This document shows, in pieces, positions 20,017 to 30,716 of a stretch of DNA of 64,000 nt. A model generated the notes under the pieces. It was not told where the DNA came from. It was given only the letters and a program-made list of their open reading frames with translations, and did not search any database. This stretch comes from Pseudomonadales bacterium. GTDB taxonomy: Bacteria; Pseudomonadota; Gammaproteobacteria; Pseudomonadales; Azotimanducaceae. The stretch is from NCBI GenBank assembly GCA_035494855.1, contig DATJGR010000105.1, forward strand, positions 445 to 64,444. Direction: 5' to 3'. Both the position numbers and the translations under genes were made by a program. How positions within the stretch are numbered: the first letter of the stretch is position 1; every line of letters starts with the position of its first letter.

Positions 20017-20559
20017 ATGTCGATCCAGGCTCGCACGGACGCGGTCTCTCCGCACGAGTTGGCCCGAAAGGGCGGGCAGTTCTCCGGCGAAATTCCGCTA
20101 GCCGCATTTCCGCGACTGAAGTCCCTCGTGCTCGGCGACGGAAGTGTCGCGGTCGAGCTGGGATTCACCCGCGATGACGAAGGACGCAGCCGCGTTCGCG
20201 GGCGAGCGGCGTTTTCACCGCTGCTGCAGTGCCAGCGTTGTCTCGAACCGGTCGTTCGCAAGCTCGATGTCGCGATCGATCTGTGCGTGGTCCGCTCGGA
20301 AGAGCAGGCGGCGGAGCTGGCCGAACGAGTCGACACGTTCGTCCTGGCCGGCGACGACGTGTCGATCGTCGATCTGGTGGAAGACGACCTGTTGCTCGGG
20401 CTGCCGAATCAGGTGTGCAAAGCGTACGATGCGTGTCCGAATCGGCCGGAGTTGAACTTCCCGGCCGCAGACGCGGCGGAAGAAAAGGAACCTGCGAAGC
20501 AGAACCCGTTCGGGAACCCGTTCGGTGTGCTGGCAGGGTTGAAGAATCGAGGCAAATGA
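20017..20559 (+). CDS. yceD: YceD/DUF177-family large-ribosomal-subunit accumulation protein
   Basis: The CxxC pair (LQCQRC ... CKAYDAC) and acidic tail are typical of DUF177. The gene lies immediately upstream of rpmF, as in most bacteria. Confidence 0.85.
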   Translation: MSIQARTDAVSPHELARKGGQFSGEIPLAAFPRLKSLVLGDGSVAVELGFTRDDEGRSRVRGRAAFSPLLQCQRCLEPVVRKLDVAIDLCVVRSEEQAAELAERVDTFVLAGDDVSIVDLVEDDLLLGLPNQVCKAYDACPNRPELNFPAADAAEEKEPAKQNPFGNPFGVLAGLKNRGK

Positions 20560-20581
20560 CGGACGAGTGGAGCAATAGGCG

Positions 20582-20752
20582 ATGGCGGTACAACAGAATA
20601 GAAAGAGTCGAGCACGACGCGACCAGCGGCGCTCCCACGATGCATTGAGCAAGCCGACGTTGTCGATCGATCCCACCACCGGGGAAACGCATCGCCGTCA
20701 CCACGTGACCGCCGATGGTTTCTATCGCGGCAAGAAAGTCCTCGACCTGTGA
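20582..20752 (+). CDS. rpmF: 50S ribosomal protein L32
   Basis: 56 codons, below the track cutoff: [56 protein letters not shown]. Confidence 0.95.
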   Translation: MAVQQNRKSRARRDQRRSHDALSKPTLSIDPTTGETHRRHHVTADGFYRGKKVLDL

Positions 20753-20830
20753 AGCCTCGACGGCGCATTCGCACCGTCATCGCTCCGACTCATCGATCTG
20801 ATTTTCCGGCCCCCCAACAGGCGTGACCAC

Positions 20831-21763
20831 ATGACCGTCGGTTTCGTTTTTCCGGGGCAGGGTTCGCAGGAAGTCGGCATGCTGCGCGACTTCCTCGCAC
20901 GCGACGCGGTCGCGCGCCAGTGTTTTGCTGAGGCGGAAGAAGCGATCGGCGTTCCGCTTCGCACGATCGCGCTAGAAGGTCCCGAAGAAACGTTGGGGCG
21001 TACGGAGATCACTCAACCGGCGCTTCTAACCGCCAGTATCGCTCTGTGGCGTTGCTGGATCGAACGCGACGGTGCGATGCCGTCTGCAGCGGCGGGCCAC
21101 AGTCTCGGCGAGTATTCCGCGCTGGTCGCCGCGGGCGCGATCGATTTTGCAGATGCGGTGCGTTTGGTGCAGATCCGCGGACGCTTCATGCAGGAAGCGG
21201 TGCCCGCCGGCGCGGGTGCGATGGCGGCAATCCTCGGCCTCGACGAGCCCGAAGTGGCGCAATGCTGCGCGGCAGCGGGCGGCGTCGTATCGCCGGCCAA
21301 CATCAACGCGCCAGGCCAGATCGTGATCGCCGGAACTGCAGCGGCCGTGGATGCGGCAATCGAACGTTGTTCCGCTGCCGGCGCGAAACGCGCCATCAAG
21401 CTCGCGGTGAGTGTGCCTTCGCATTGCGCGCTGATGAACGGCGCCGCCACCCGGTTTGCCGAGGTGCTCGCACAAACGACCGTCACCGCTCCGCGTATAC
21501 CGGTGATACAGAACGTCGATGCCACTGCGACCGGCGAGCCTGACCGGATACGCGCCAACCTGGTGGCGCAACTGTCGAAACCGGTGCGGTGGACGCAGTG
21601 CGTCGAGGCGGTGATCGCGCGCGGAGCCTCGACGTTGGTCGAATGCGGACCCGGCAAGGTGCTGGGCGGACTGATCAAGAGAATCGACCGTTCGGCGGCG
21701 ACGTTCGCGATCGGCACTGTCGATGCGTTCGATGCCGCGCTGGCCGAGGTCGGTCGTGGCTGA
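20831..21763 (+). CDS. fabD: Malonyl-CoA:ACP transacylase
   Basis: FVFPGQGSQEVGM ... GHSLGEYSALVAAG ... VSVPSHCALM. Confidence 0.95.
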   Translation: MTVGFVFPGQGSQEVGMLRDFLARDAVARQCFAEAEEAIGVPLRTIALEGPEETLGRTEITQPALLTASIALWRCWIERDGAMPSAAAGHSLGEYSALVAAGAIDFADAVRLVQIRGRFMQEAVPAGAGAMAAILGLDEPEVAQCCAAAGGVVSPANINAPGQIVIAGTAAAVDAAIERCSAAGAKRAIKLAVSVPSHCALMNGAATRFAEVLAQTTVTAPRIPVIQNVDATATGEPDRIRANLVAQLSKPVRWTQCVEAVIARGASTLVECGPGKVLGGLIKRIDRSAATFAIGTVDAFDAALAEVGRG

Positions 21764-22502
21764 TCCGGAACGCAGGGTCGCGCTGGTCACCGGCGCGAGT
21801 CGCGGCATCGGCCGCGCCATACTGGAACGGTTGGGTCGCGACGGTCAGCTCGTGATTGGCACCGCCACCAGCGAACACGGCGTGGCGTCGATAGAGACTC
21901 ACTTCCGCGAAGCCAACATCGACGGACGGGCGTTCCTCGTACGCGTCGACGAAACGGCGTCTGTCGAGGCGCTGCTCGAACGTCTCAAATCCGAATCACT
22001 GGTGCCGTTGGTGCTGGTCAACAATGCCGGCATCACGCGAGACAACCTGCTGCTGCGCATGAGCGACGACGAATGGAACGACGTGCTGAATACGAACGTG
22101 TCGTCGCTGTTCAGGTTGTGCAAGCCGCTTCTGCGCGGCATGACACGCGCGCGCTGGGGTCGAATCGTCAATTTGAGCTCGGTGGTCGGTCGCATGGGCA
22201 ATCCTGGACAGTCCAACTATGTCGCATCGAAAGCCGCGATCGAAGGGTTCACGCGGGCGCTGGCGCAGGAAGTCGGCTCTCGAAACATCACGGTCAACGC
22301 AGTTGCACCCGGATTCGTCACCACCGACATGACGTTGACGCTGACCGAGGAACAGAAACAGACGATGTTGTCGCGCATACCGTTGGGGCGCATGGGCAAC
22401 GTCGAGGAAATTGCGCATGTCGTTGCGTTTCTCGCGAGCGATGCGGCGGCGTATATCACAGGGGAAACGATTCACATCAATGGCGGGCTCTACATGGCCT
22501 GA
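21756..22502 (+). CDS. fabG: 3-oxoacyl-ACP reductase
   Basis: The GTG start overlaps the fabD stop. ALVTGASRGIGRAI ... NNAG ... SNYVASKAA (YxxxK). Confidence 0.93.
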   Translation: MADPERRVALVTGASRGIGRAILERLGRDGQLVIGTATSEHGVASIETHFREANIDGRAFLVRVDETASVEALLERLKSESLVPLVLVNNAGITRDNLLLRMSDDEWNDVLNTNVSSLFRLCKPLLRGMTRARWGRIVNLSSVVGRMGNPGQSNYVASKAAIEGFTRALAQEVGSRNITVNAVAPGFVTTDMTLTLTEEQKQTMLSRIPLGRMGNVEEIAHVVAFLASDAAAYITGETIHINGGLYMA

Positions 22503-22598
22503 GCGTGTCGGGTGTTTGCTTGATGCGGGTATCCGCCCTCTATAAACTACGCGCTGCCCTGCTGCAGCGCATTCGAACATTTGGGAGAAGGCTTAAAC

Positions 22599-22832
22599 AT
22601 GAGCAGTGTTGAAGAACGCGTAAAAAAACTGATCTGTGAGCAGTTAGGCGTCAAGGAAGATGAAGTCAAAGACGAAGCGTCCTTCGTTGAAGATCTCGGG
22701 GCCGACTCCCTCGACACCGTGGAGTTGGTGATGGCCCTGGAAGAAGAATTCGAAACGGAAATCCCGGATGAGGATGCCGAGAAGATAGCGACGGTCAAGG
22801 ACGCCATCGATTACGTTCTGGCTCACCAGTAG
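22599..22832 (+). CDS. acpP: Acyl carrier protein
   Basis: [51 protein letters not shown] contains the DSL phosphopantetheine site. Confidence 0.97.
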   Translation: MSSVEERVKKLICEQLGVKEDEVKDEASFVEDLGADSLDTVELVMALEEEFETEIPDEDAEKIATVKDAIDYVLAHQ

Positions 22833-22865
22833 ATTTCCACTTTCGCTTCACTTGTCACGCTCGAG

Positions 22866-22896
22866 AAAGCCGCATCTACTAGCGTAGTGCGGCTTT
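22866..22896 (+). terminator. Strong hairpin after acpP (attenuator/terminator)
   Basis: AAAGCCGCA-T-CTAC[TAGC]GTAG-TGCGGCTTT. The stem ends in TTT. It lies between acpP and fabF, where partial termination is known in E. coli. Confidence 0.6.
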
Positions 22897-22951
22897 ACCC
22901 ATCTACACACTCCACCACCGCTTCGCGCCGCCGAGTCTGGAGATCCGCTGA

Positions 22952-24190
22952 ATGAGCAAGCGACGCGTTGTCGTCACCGGCGTCGGTATGTTGACTCCGA
23001 TTGGCAACACGACGGCCGAGGCGTGGACGAATGCGCTGGCGGGCGCGAGCGGCGCAGCTCCGATTCAGTCGTTCGACACCAGCGATCACGCCGTCAAGTT
23101 CAGTTCGTCGGTCAAGGGATTCGACGCGACTCAGTACATGGACAGGAAGGAAGCACGCCGCGTCGACCCGTTCATTCAATACGGCATGGCGGCGGCGGTG
23201 CAGGCGATCGCCGACGCCGGCATCGAACCGAATCCGCCTGACGGCGACCGCTACGGAGTGGCTATCGGTTCGGGGATCGGCGGCATTCTGACGATCGAAG
23301 ACACGCACTCGGTACTGCTCGAAAGCGGGCCTCGTCGAGTATCGCCGTTCTTCGTGCCGGCCAGCGTGATCAACATGATTTCCGGAAACGTATCGATCCG
23401 ATACGGTTTCCGCGGTCCGAACATTGCGATTGTCACCGCGTGTACCACCGGTACCCACAATATCGGTTTCAGCATGCGGATGATTCAATACGGCGAAGCC
23501 GACGTGATGATCGCCGGGGGCGCCGAAATGGCGACGTCGCCAGTGACGCTGGCGGCGTTTTCGTCAATGAAAGCGTTGTCGACGCGCAACGACAATCCGG
23601 CCGCGGCCAGCCGACCCTGGGACCGCGACCGCGACGGCTTCGTGCTCGGCGACGGCGCCGGTGTGCTGGTGTTGGAAGAACTCGAACGCGCAAAGGCGCG
23701 CGGCGCCCGCATCTATTGCGAAGTCGTCGGCTTCGGCATGAGCGGAGATGCGCATCACATCACCGCGCCACCCGACGATGGCGCCGGTGCGGTCGCGGCG
23801 ATGCGCAACGCGCTGAACGACGCAAAGATGGCGCCCGATGCGGTGCAGTACGTCAACGCACATGGCACGTCGACGCCGCAAGGCGACATCGCGGAGACAC
23901 GCGCGATCAAAACGCTGTTCGGAGCCGATACTCGCGTCGCGGTGCATTCGACGAAGTCGATGATCGGTCACCTGCTCGGCGCGGCGGGCGCAGTCGAGGC
24001 GATCTTCACGGCGTTGTCCATTCACCATCAGGTTTCGCCGCCGACGATCAACCTCGACAATCCGAGCGACGACTGCGACCTCGACTACGTACCGAAGGTC
24101 GCGCGCGACATCGCGGTCGACGGTGCGCTATCGAACTCGTTCGGTTTCGGCGGCACCAACGGCACGCTGATCTTCCGCAAGCTCCACTGA
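22952..24190 (+). CDS. fabF: 3-oxoacyl-ACP synthase II
   Basis: MSKRRVVVTGVGMLTPIG... The active-site residues are present in ACTTG (Cys), the His in NAHGTSTP and the His in KSMIGHLLGAAG. Confidence 0.95.
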   Translation: MSKRRVVVTGVGMLTPIGNTTAEAWTNALAGASGAAPIQSFDTSDHAVKFSSSVKGFDATQYMDRKEARRVDPFIQYGMAAAVQAIADAGIEPNPPDGDRYGVAIGSGIGGILTIEDTHSVLLESGPRRVSPFFVPASVINMISGNVSIRYGFRGPNIAIVTACTTGTHNIGFSMRMIQYGEADVMIAGGAEMATSPVTLAAFSSMKALSTRNDNPAAASRPWDRDRDGFVLGDGAGVLVLEELERAKARGARIYCEVVGFGMSGDAHHITAPPDDGAGAVAAMRNALNDAKMAPDAVQYVNAHGTSTPQGDIAETRAIKTLFGADTRVAVHSTKSMIGHLLGAAGAVEAIFTALSIHHQVSPPTINLDNPSDDCDLDYVPKVARDIAVDGALSNSFGFGGTNGTLIFRKLH

Positions 24191-24219
24191 CGTGGCGCGG
24201 GCGATACGCGCCCTCGTCG

Positions 24220-25954
<1,735 letters not shown>

Positions 25955-25955
<1 letters not shown>

Positions 25956-26890
25956 TGCGCCTGCCACCGTGGCTCGAAGGGTTTTACGCGAGTCTGGTAA
26001 CGGCACTCGACGGCGGTCGACTGCCGCACGCGCTGCTGATCCACGGTCCGGGCGGCTGGGGCGAGACCGTTCTTGCCGAGGCACTCGCGTTGCGACTGAT
26101 CGAGCGTGCATCGGAGTCTTCTGCCGCGACGATCGCGCATCCGGATCTACGCTGGATCGTCCCGGAAGGCGCAGGCGAGCAGATCGGCATCGATGCCGTC
26201 CGCGCCGTCGCCGACTTCATCGTGCGCACACCGCAGATTGCGCCGCGAAAGGTCGCGGTCATCACCAATGCCGATGCGTTGAATCCGCACGCCGCGAACG
26301 CACTGCTGAAAACGCTGGAGGAACCGCCTCCGGACAGCTTTCTGATCCTCGTCAGCGATTCGTTGCGCGAGTTGCTGCCAACGTTGCGAAGCCGGTGTCG
26401 CCTGCTGCCGGTTCGCCCACCCGTCGACGCGGCGGCGCTGCACTGGATCGGTGAGCAGATGCCGACTACGGCGGCCGAGCAAATAGCAGCACTCTACTTC
26501 GAGTACGGCGGGGCACCGTATCGCGTCGTGGCCGCGATCGAGCGCGACGAGAAACCGATCGCCGAAACGTTGCACGCGGTGGCGCTGGGCGAAGCCAACG
26601 CGTTGAACGTCGCAGACGTTTGGGCGAAGGACATGCCGGCGGAGCTGGTGGAACGGTGGATGCGATATCTCGCACGCTTGCTCGGGCAGCGGCGCATGGC
26701 CGACCGGCAGAGCGCGCCGGATGATCCGCTTGCGCGCGTGCTTGCCAAAGCGACTGACAGCGAGCTGCTGCGACTCTGGGACGAGCTCGCACGCGACCGA
26801 CTTCTGCTGCGGGGAACCACCAACCCGAACGCGCGTTTGCTGTTCGAATCGCGGTTGCTTGCATGGAAAGACCTCGCGATTGCAGTGTGA
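25955..26890 (+). CDS. holB: DNA polymerase III delta' subunit
   Basis: The ATG overlaps the tmk stop (TGATG). HALLIHGPGGWGE ... ANALLKTLEEPP ... LPTLRSRC. Confidence 0.85.
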
Positions 26891-26996
26891 CGTCGGTCAC
26901 GTCCGGGTCAATTGACAAGCCCGACTGAGAACACGATCATCCGCGCGCTTCGGCCTCGGTGTACATTCATCCGGTCTCGACCGGACTCAAGACGCA

Positions 26997-27347
26997 ATGG
27001 AAGCCAAACGCGGCACTCGAAACGGAATTCTCTCGCTGGCGATCAAGGACAAGGCCGTCCTCTACGCCGCGTACATGCCGTTCATTCGCAACGGTGGTCT
27101 GTTCATCCCGACCAAAAAGGAATACGAGCTCGGCGACGAAGTCTTCATGCTGCTGAACCTGATGGACGAAGCAGAGAAGATTCCGGTAGCCGGCAAAGTC
27201 GTCTGGATGACGCCGAAAGGTGCGCAAGGTAACCGGGCTGCAGGAATCGGCGTGCAGTTCAACGATCAGGACGACGTCGCGCGCAGCAAGATCGAAACTT
27301 ACCTCGCCGGCGCGCTGCAATCCGATCGCCATACGCACACCATGTAA
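26997..27347 (+). CDS. pilZ: Type IV pilus assembly protein PilZ (non-canonical PilZ lacking RxxxR)
   Basis: GILSLAIKDKAVLYAAYMPFIRNGGLFIPT...VAGKVVWMTPKGAQGNRAAGIGVQF closely resembles the Pseudomonas/Xanthomonas PilZ. It sits in the conserved position after holB. Confidence 0.9.
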   Translation: MEAKRGTRNGILSLAIKDKAVLYAAYMPFIRNGGLFIPTKKEYELGDEVFMLLNLMDEAEKIPVAGKVVWMTPKGAQGNRAAGIGVQFNDQDDVARSKIETYLAGALQSDRHTHTM

Positions 27348-27349
27348 GT

Positions 27350-28153
27350 GTGCTGGTCGACTCTCACTGCCATCTGAATTATCTCGACGACGCTGACGCG
27401 AGCCTCGCGGCCGCGCGTGCGGTCGGCGTTCGAGAGTTTCTGTGCATCGGTGTAGACGCCGGTACCCGAGCTGCGGTGATCGGCATCGCCGAGCGTCACG
27501 CGGACGTCTGGGCCAGCGTCGGCTTACACCCCGAAAGCACGGGTAACGCCGGTTCGCTCGATTGGGTTCGCGATGGCGCGCGCCATGAGCGGGTCGTTGG
27601 CATCGGCGAAACTGGGCTCGACTACTTCAAGGTGGACGCCGACGACGTGCGCCGCGGCCAGCGCGAAAGCTTCTCGCGGCATCTCGAGATCGCGCGCGAC
27701 GTTTCGCTTCCCGTCATCGTTCACACCCGCGCGGCCGAAGCCGACACGCTCGAACTGCTGCGACTGCATCGGGACACCATCGGCGTGCTGCACTGCTTCA
27801 CCGAATCATGGAATCTCGCAAGCGGCGCGCTCGATCTCGGCTGGTATGTTTCGATCTCGGGAATCGTCACGTTTCGAAACGCGGCAAACGTCCGAGAGGT
27901 CGCTGCACGCGTGCCGGCAGATCGGTTGCTGGTCGAAACCGATAGTCCGTTTCTCGCACCCGTTCCGCATCGCGGTAAAACCAACGAGCCCGCTTTCGTC
28001 ACGCACACCGCGCAGTTTCTCGCGACGCTGCGCGGTCAATCCTTCGAGGCGCTGGCGGAACAGACGACCGCCAACTTCCATCGTTTGTTCGCGCGAACGC
28101 GTTCGCGAACGCGTTCGCAAACGCGTCAGGAGCGCACGAACTCCTCTTCATAG
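27350..28153 (+). CDS. TatD-family metal-dependent hydrolase (YcfH-like)
   Basis: GTG start. VDSHCHL ... GEIGLDY ... VIVHTR ... LHCF ... ETDSPFL. The C-terminal tail RTRSRTRSQTRQ is encoded by a 12-bp repeat. Confidence 0.9.
   Translation: MLVDSHCHLNYLDDADASLAAARAVGVREFLCIGVDAGTRAAVIGIAERHADVWASVGLHPESTGNAGSLDWVRDGARHERVVGIGETGLDYFKVDADDVRRGQRESFSRHLEIARDVSLPVIVHTRAAEADTLELLRLHRDTIGVLHCFTESWNLASGALDLGWYVSISGIVTFRNAANVREVAARVPADRLLVETDSPFLAPVPHRGKTNEPAFVTHTAQFLATLRGQSFEALAEQTTANFHRLFARTRSRTRSQTRQERTNSSS
28087..28127. repeat. 12-bp tandem repeat GAACGCGTTCGC (about 3 copies), each containing the palindrome GAACGCGTTC
   Basis: Read directly: gttcgc gc|gaacgcgttcgc|gaacgcgttcgc|aaacgcgtc. It lies in the 3' overlap zone of the convergent tatD-like and GNAT genes. 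Confidence 0.85.
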
Positions 28154-28590
28154 AGGCGGTAGTGCGTTTCGACCATTCCCATCGCGAGGTAAGTAGCCTG
28201 CGCGCCGGTGTTCTCCCGTTCGACGTAGAGACGCAGGCCGCAGCACTCCTTGTCTGCGCGGGCCGCATTCCTGACGTGCTCGTGCAACGCCGTATACACG
28301 CCTTTCCGGCGATGCTCCGGCGCGACGTAGACGCTCTGAATCCACCAGAATCTGCCGTTGCGCCAATCGCTCCATTCGAACGTCAGCATCAGTGCGCCGG
28401 CCGTGTTGCCGCGCGCGTCGTCCGCGATCAGGTAGTAACCGTCAGCGGGCCGATCGAAAAGCGCGGCGATGCCGGCCTTCAAACCGGCGAGGTCGAGCGG
28501 TTTGTCTTCGCTCTCCTGCGCCATCGCGTGGTTGAAGCGGACGAGTAGATCGATATCGGCTCTGACGGCGGGGCGAATGGCGTAGTTCAC
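28126..28590 (-). CDS. GNAT-family N-acetyltransferase
   Basis: The GTG start at 28590 overlaps the stop of the upstream peptidase gene (GTGA). The acetyl-CoA motif region is IQSVYVAPEHRRKGVYTAL. The upstream 145 codons of the track ORF overlap the peptidase. Confidence 0.8.
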   Translation of the reverse strand: MNYAIRPAVRADIDLLVRFNHAMAQESEDKPLDLAGLKAGIAALFDRPADGYYLIADDARGNTAGALMLTFEWSDWRNGRFWWIQSVYVAPEHRRKGVYTALHEHVRNAARADKECCGLRLYVERENTGAQATYLAMGMVETHYRLYEEEFVRS

Positions 28591-30716
28591 GCGAGCAACT
28601 TCCGTTGTAGAAAATCGAGAATGGTGTGATAGCGATGGATCGACACGTCGGGCTCCTGCATGGCGTGCTTCGCGCCGGGGTACAACATCAGCTCGAAGGG
28701 GAAACCGCGCTTCTGCAGGGACTGCATCAGCGCGCTCGAATTGGCGAACAGCACGTTGTCGTCGGCCATACCATGCATCAGCAGCAGCGCGCCGCTGATC
28801 GCATCGACGTGCGACAACACGCAACTGTCGCGATATCCGTCGGCGTTCGACTGCGGCGTGGACAGGTACCGTTCCGTGTAATGCGTGTCGTACAGGCGCC
28901 AGTCGGTCACCGGCGCGGTGCTGATGCCGCACCGGATCTGGCCGGAGTTGCGCGCCATCAGCATCAGCGTCATGAAGCCGCCGTAGCTGTGCCCGATGAC
29001 GCCGATCCGATCGGCATCGGCCCACGGCTGTCGACCGATGAATTCGATGGCGGCCAGCTGATCGTCGACTTCTACGTGGCCCAGCCGTCCCTTAATCGGA
29101 TCCTCGAACGACTTGGCGCGGTTTGCGCCGCCGCGATTGTCGAGTTCGAACACGGCGATGCCGAGACCGGCGAACAGCTGATTCGTCAGCGGCGCCCATT
29201 CGTCGCGCACGCGTTGTACGCCCGGGCCGCCGTAGACGTTCACCAACACCGGAACCCGCTCTTTCGCGTTGCGTGGCAACGTGAGCCGATACCACAACGC
29301 CTGTCCATCCGGCGCTGCAAAACTGCCGAACGACGGCGTCGCGTGGTTAGGCGCATGCACAAAGTACGGATGCCCCTCTACGAGTGCGTTGGGCGCGAGC
29401 GGGCGCGGCGGTGCTTCGGTCGCAAGAGAGTGCAGTACGAGACACACGGGCTGCCTGACGTTCGAGTAGCGATCGACGAACCAGCCGCCGGTTGGATCGA
29501 CGACGGCTTCGTGCCAACCAGGCTGCTTCGTCAGAATCTCCGGCTCGCCGGTCCCGCCGAGCGATACGCGCATCAGATGCTGTTCCGTCGGCCGTTCGGT
29601 CCACCCGAGCACGAACGCGTGCGTTGCATCGGCGTGCACGACTTCGTTGATTCGACCGGTGCCGCGGGTCAACTGGCGTGACGTTCCGTCCGCACGGTAC
29701 AGATACAACTGCGAGGTTCCGGTACGTTCCGACGTCCACAGGAAGTCGCTACTGCCACCAACGAATCGAAAGTTGTTGTGCAGGTTGACCCACGCCGGCT
29801 GTTGTTCGGTGAGCAGTTCGCGCGACGCCTCGTCGTCGAACGGAAACGCTGTGAGCGTGAGCGTGTGCTGGTCGCGGCTCTGAACCTGCACCGCGACGTG
29901 ACTCGCGGCGACGTTCACCCGCGCCAGGTAATCGTCGGGCCGGTGCCGGTATTCGATCCAGTGAACCGAACGTCTGTGCAGATCGATGACGCCCAGATCG
30001 ACGCGTGCGTTTGCGCTGCCCGCATACGGATAACGCTGCGGTACCGCTACCAGTTCGTTCGCCATGAATTCGTAGCGACGCGTTTCCGGAATGGCCGAAC
30101 TGTCGACGCGGGTAAAGACGATGTGCGCGTCGTCGGGCGACCACCAGTGGCCCTCGAAGCGGTGCATCTCTTCCTGCGCGACGAATTCGGCGAGTCCGTT
30201 TGTCACGCATTCGGATGCATCGAGCGTGAGACGCTCTTCGCGCGCGAGCCCGATGTCGTACAGATACAGATCGCCGCCGCGGACGTAGCTCAGGTAACGC
30301 CCGCCCGGCGATAGCGTCAGGTCCGTCTGTCGAAGACCCTCCGCGGTCATCGCGCGCAATGTGTCGTTCTCGCGATCGAAGAGGTACACCGTGCCGTCGA
30401 TCATTCCGCAGATGTGGCGCGCATCCGGCAACCACCGATAGCTCGACAATCCGCCGCTGAACTGCCGGCGCCGTTCGCGCTCCGCTTTCTCCGCGTCGGT
30501 CATCTCGCCCGTCGCCGGGGTACGGCTCGCGTCGATCAATCGACTGGATGCGCCGCTCGCGATTTCGTACGCATACAGGTCGAGCCGCTCGCGATCTTCG
30601 GGTGGGTTGGCGAGATAGGTAACGAACAGGCCGTCAGGCGAGAAACGGACCTGCGTCGGCACGCTGCCATTGAGAGACGGGCTGCTGAACAGCCGCTCGA
30701 CCGTCAGTCGCGTCAC
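28587..30716 (-). CDS. S9-family serine peptidase (dipeptidyl aminopeptidase IV-like)
   Basis: An N-terminal beta-propeller region is followed by a C-terminal alpha/beta hydrolase with the nucleophile elbow GHSYGGF, then HGMADDNV and a distal His. Confidence 0.88.
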   Translation of the reverse strand: MTRLTVERLFSSPSLNGSVPTQVRFSPDGLFVTYLANPPEDRERLDLYAYEIASGASSRLIDASRTPATGEMTDAEKAERERRRQFSGGLSSYRWLPDARHICGMIDGTVYLFDRENDTLRAMTAEGLRQTDLTLSPGGRYLSYVRGGDLYLYDIGLAREERLTLDASECVTNGLAEFVAQEEMHRFEGHWWSPDDAHIVFTRVDSSAIPETRRYEFMANELVAVPQRYPYAGSANARVDLGVIDLHRRSVHWIEYRHRPDDYLARVNVAASHVAVQVQSRDQHTLTLTAFPFDDEASRELLTEQQPAWVNLHNNFRFVGGSSDFLWTSERTGTSQLYLYRADGTSRQLTRGTGRINEVVHADATHAFVLGWTERPTEQHLMRVSLGGTGEPEILTKQPGWHEAVVDPTGGWFVDRYSNVRQPVCLVLHSLATEAPPRPLAPNALVEGHPYFVHAPNHATPSFGSFAAPDGQALWYRLTLPRNAKERVPVLVNVYGGPGVQRVRDEWAPLTNQLFAGLGIAVFELDNRGGANRAKSFEDPIKGRLGHVEVDDQLAAIEFIGRQPWADADRIGVIGHSYGGFMTLMLMARNSGQIRCGISTAPVTDWRLYDTHYTERYLSTPQSNADGYRDSCVLSHVDAISGALLLMHGMADDNVLFANSSALMQSLQKRGFPFELMLYPGAKHAMQEPDVSIHRYHTILDFLQRKLLA

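Noticed and set aside
28087-28127. The short tandem repeat considered as a CRISPR array or other interspaced repeat.
   Set aside because: The units are 12 bp, directly abutting with no spacers, and lie inside coding sequence. No cas genes or other repeat-spacer structure exist anywhere in the window.
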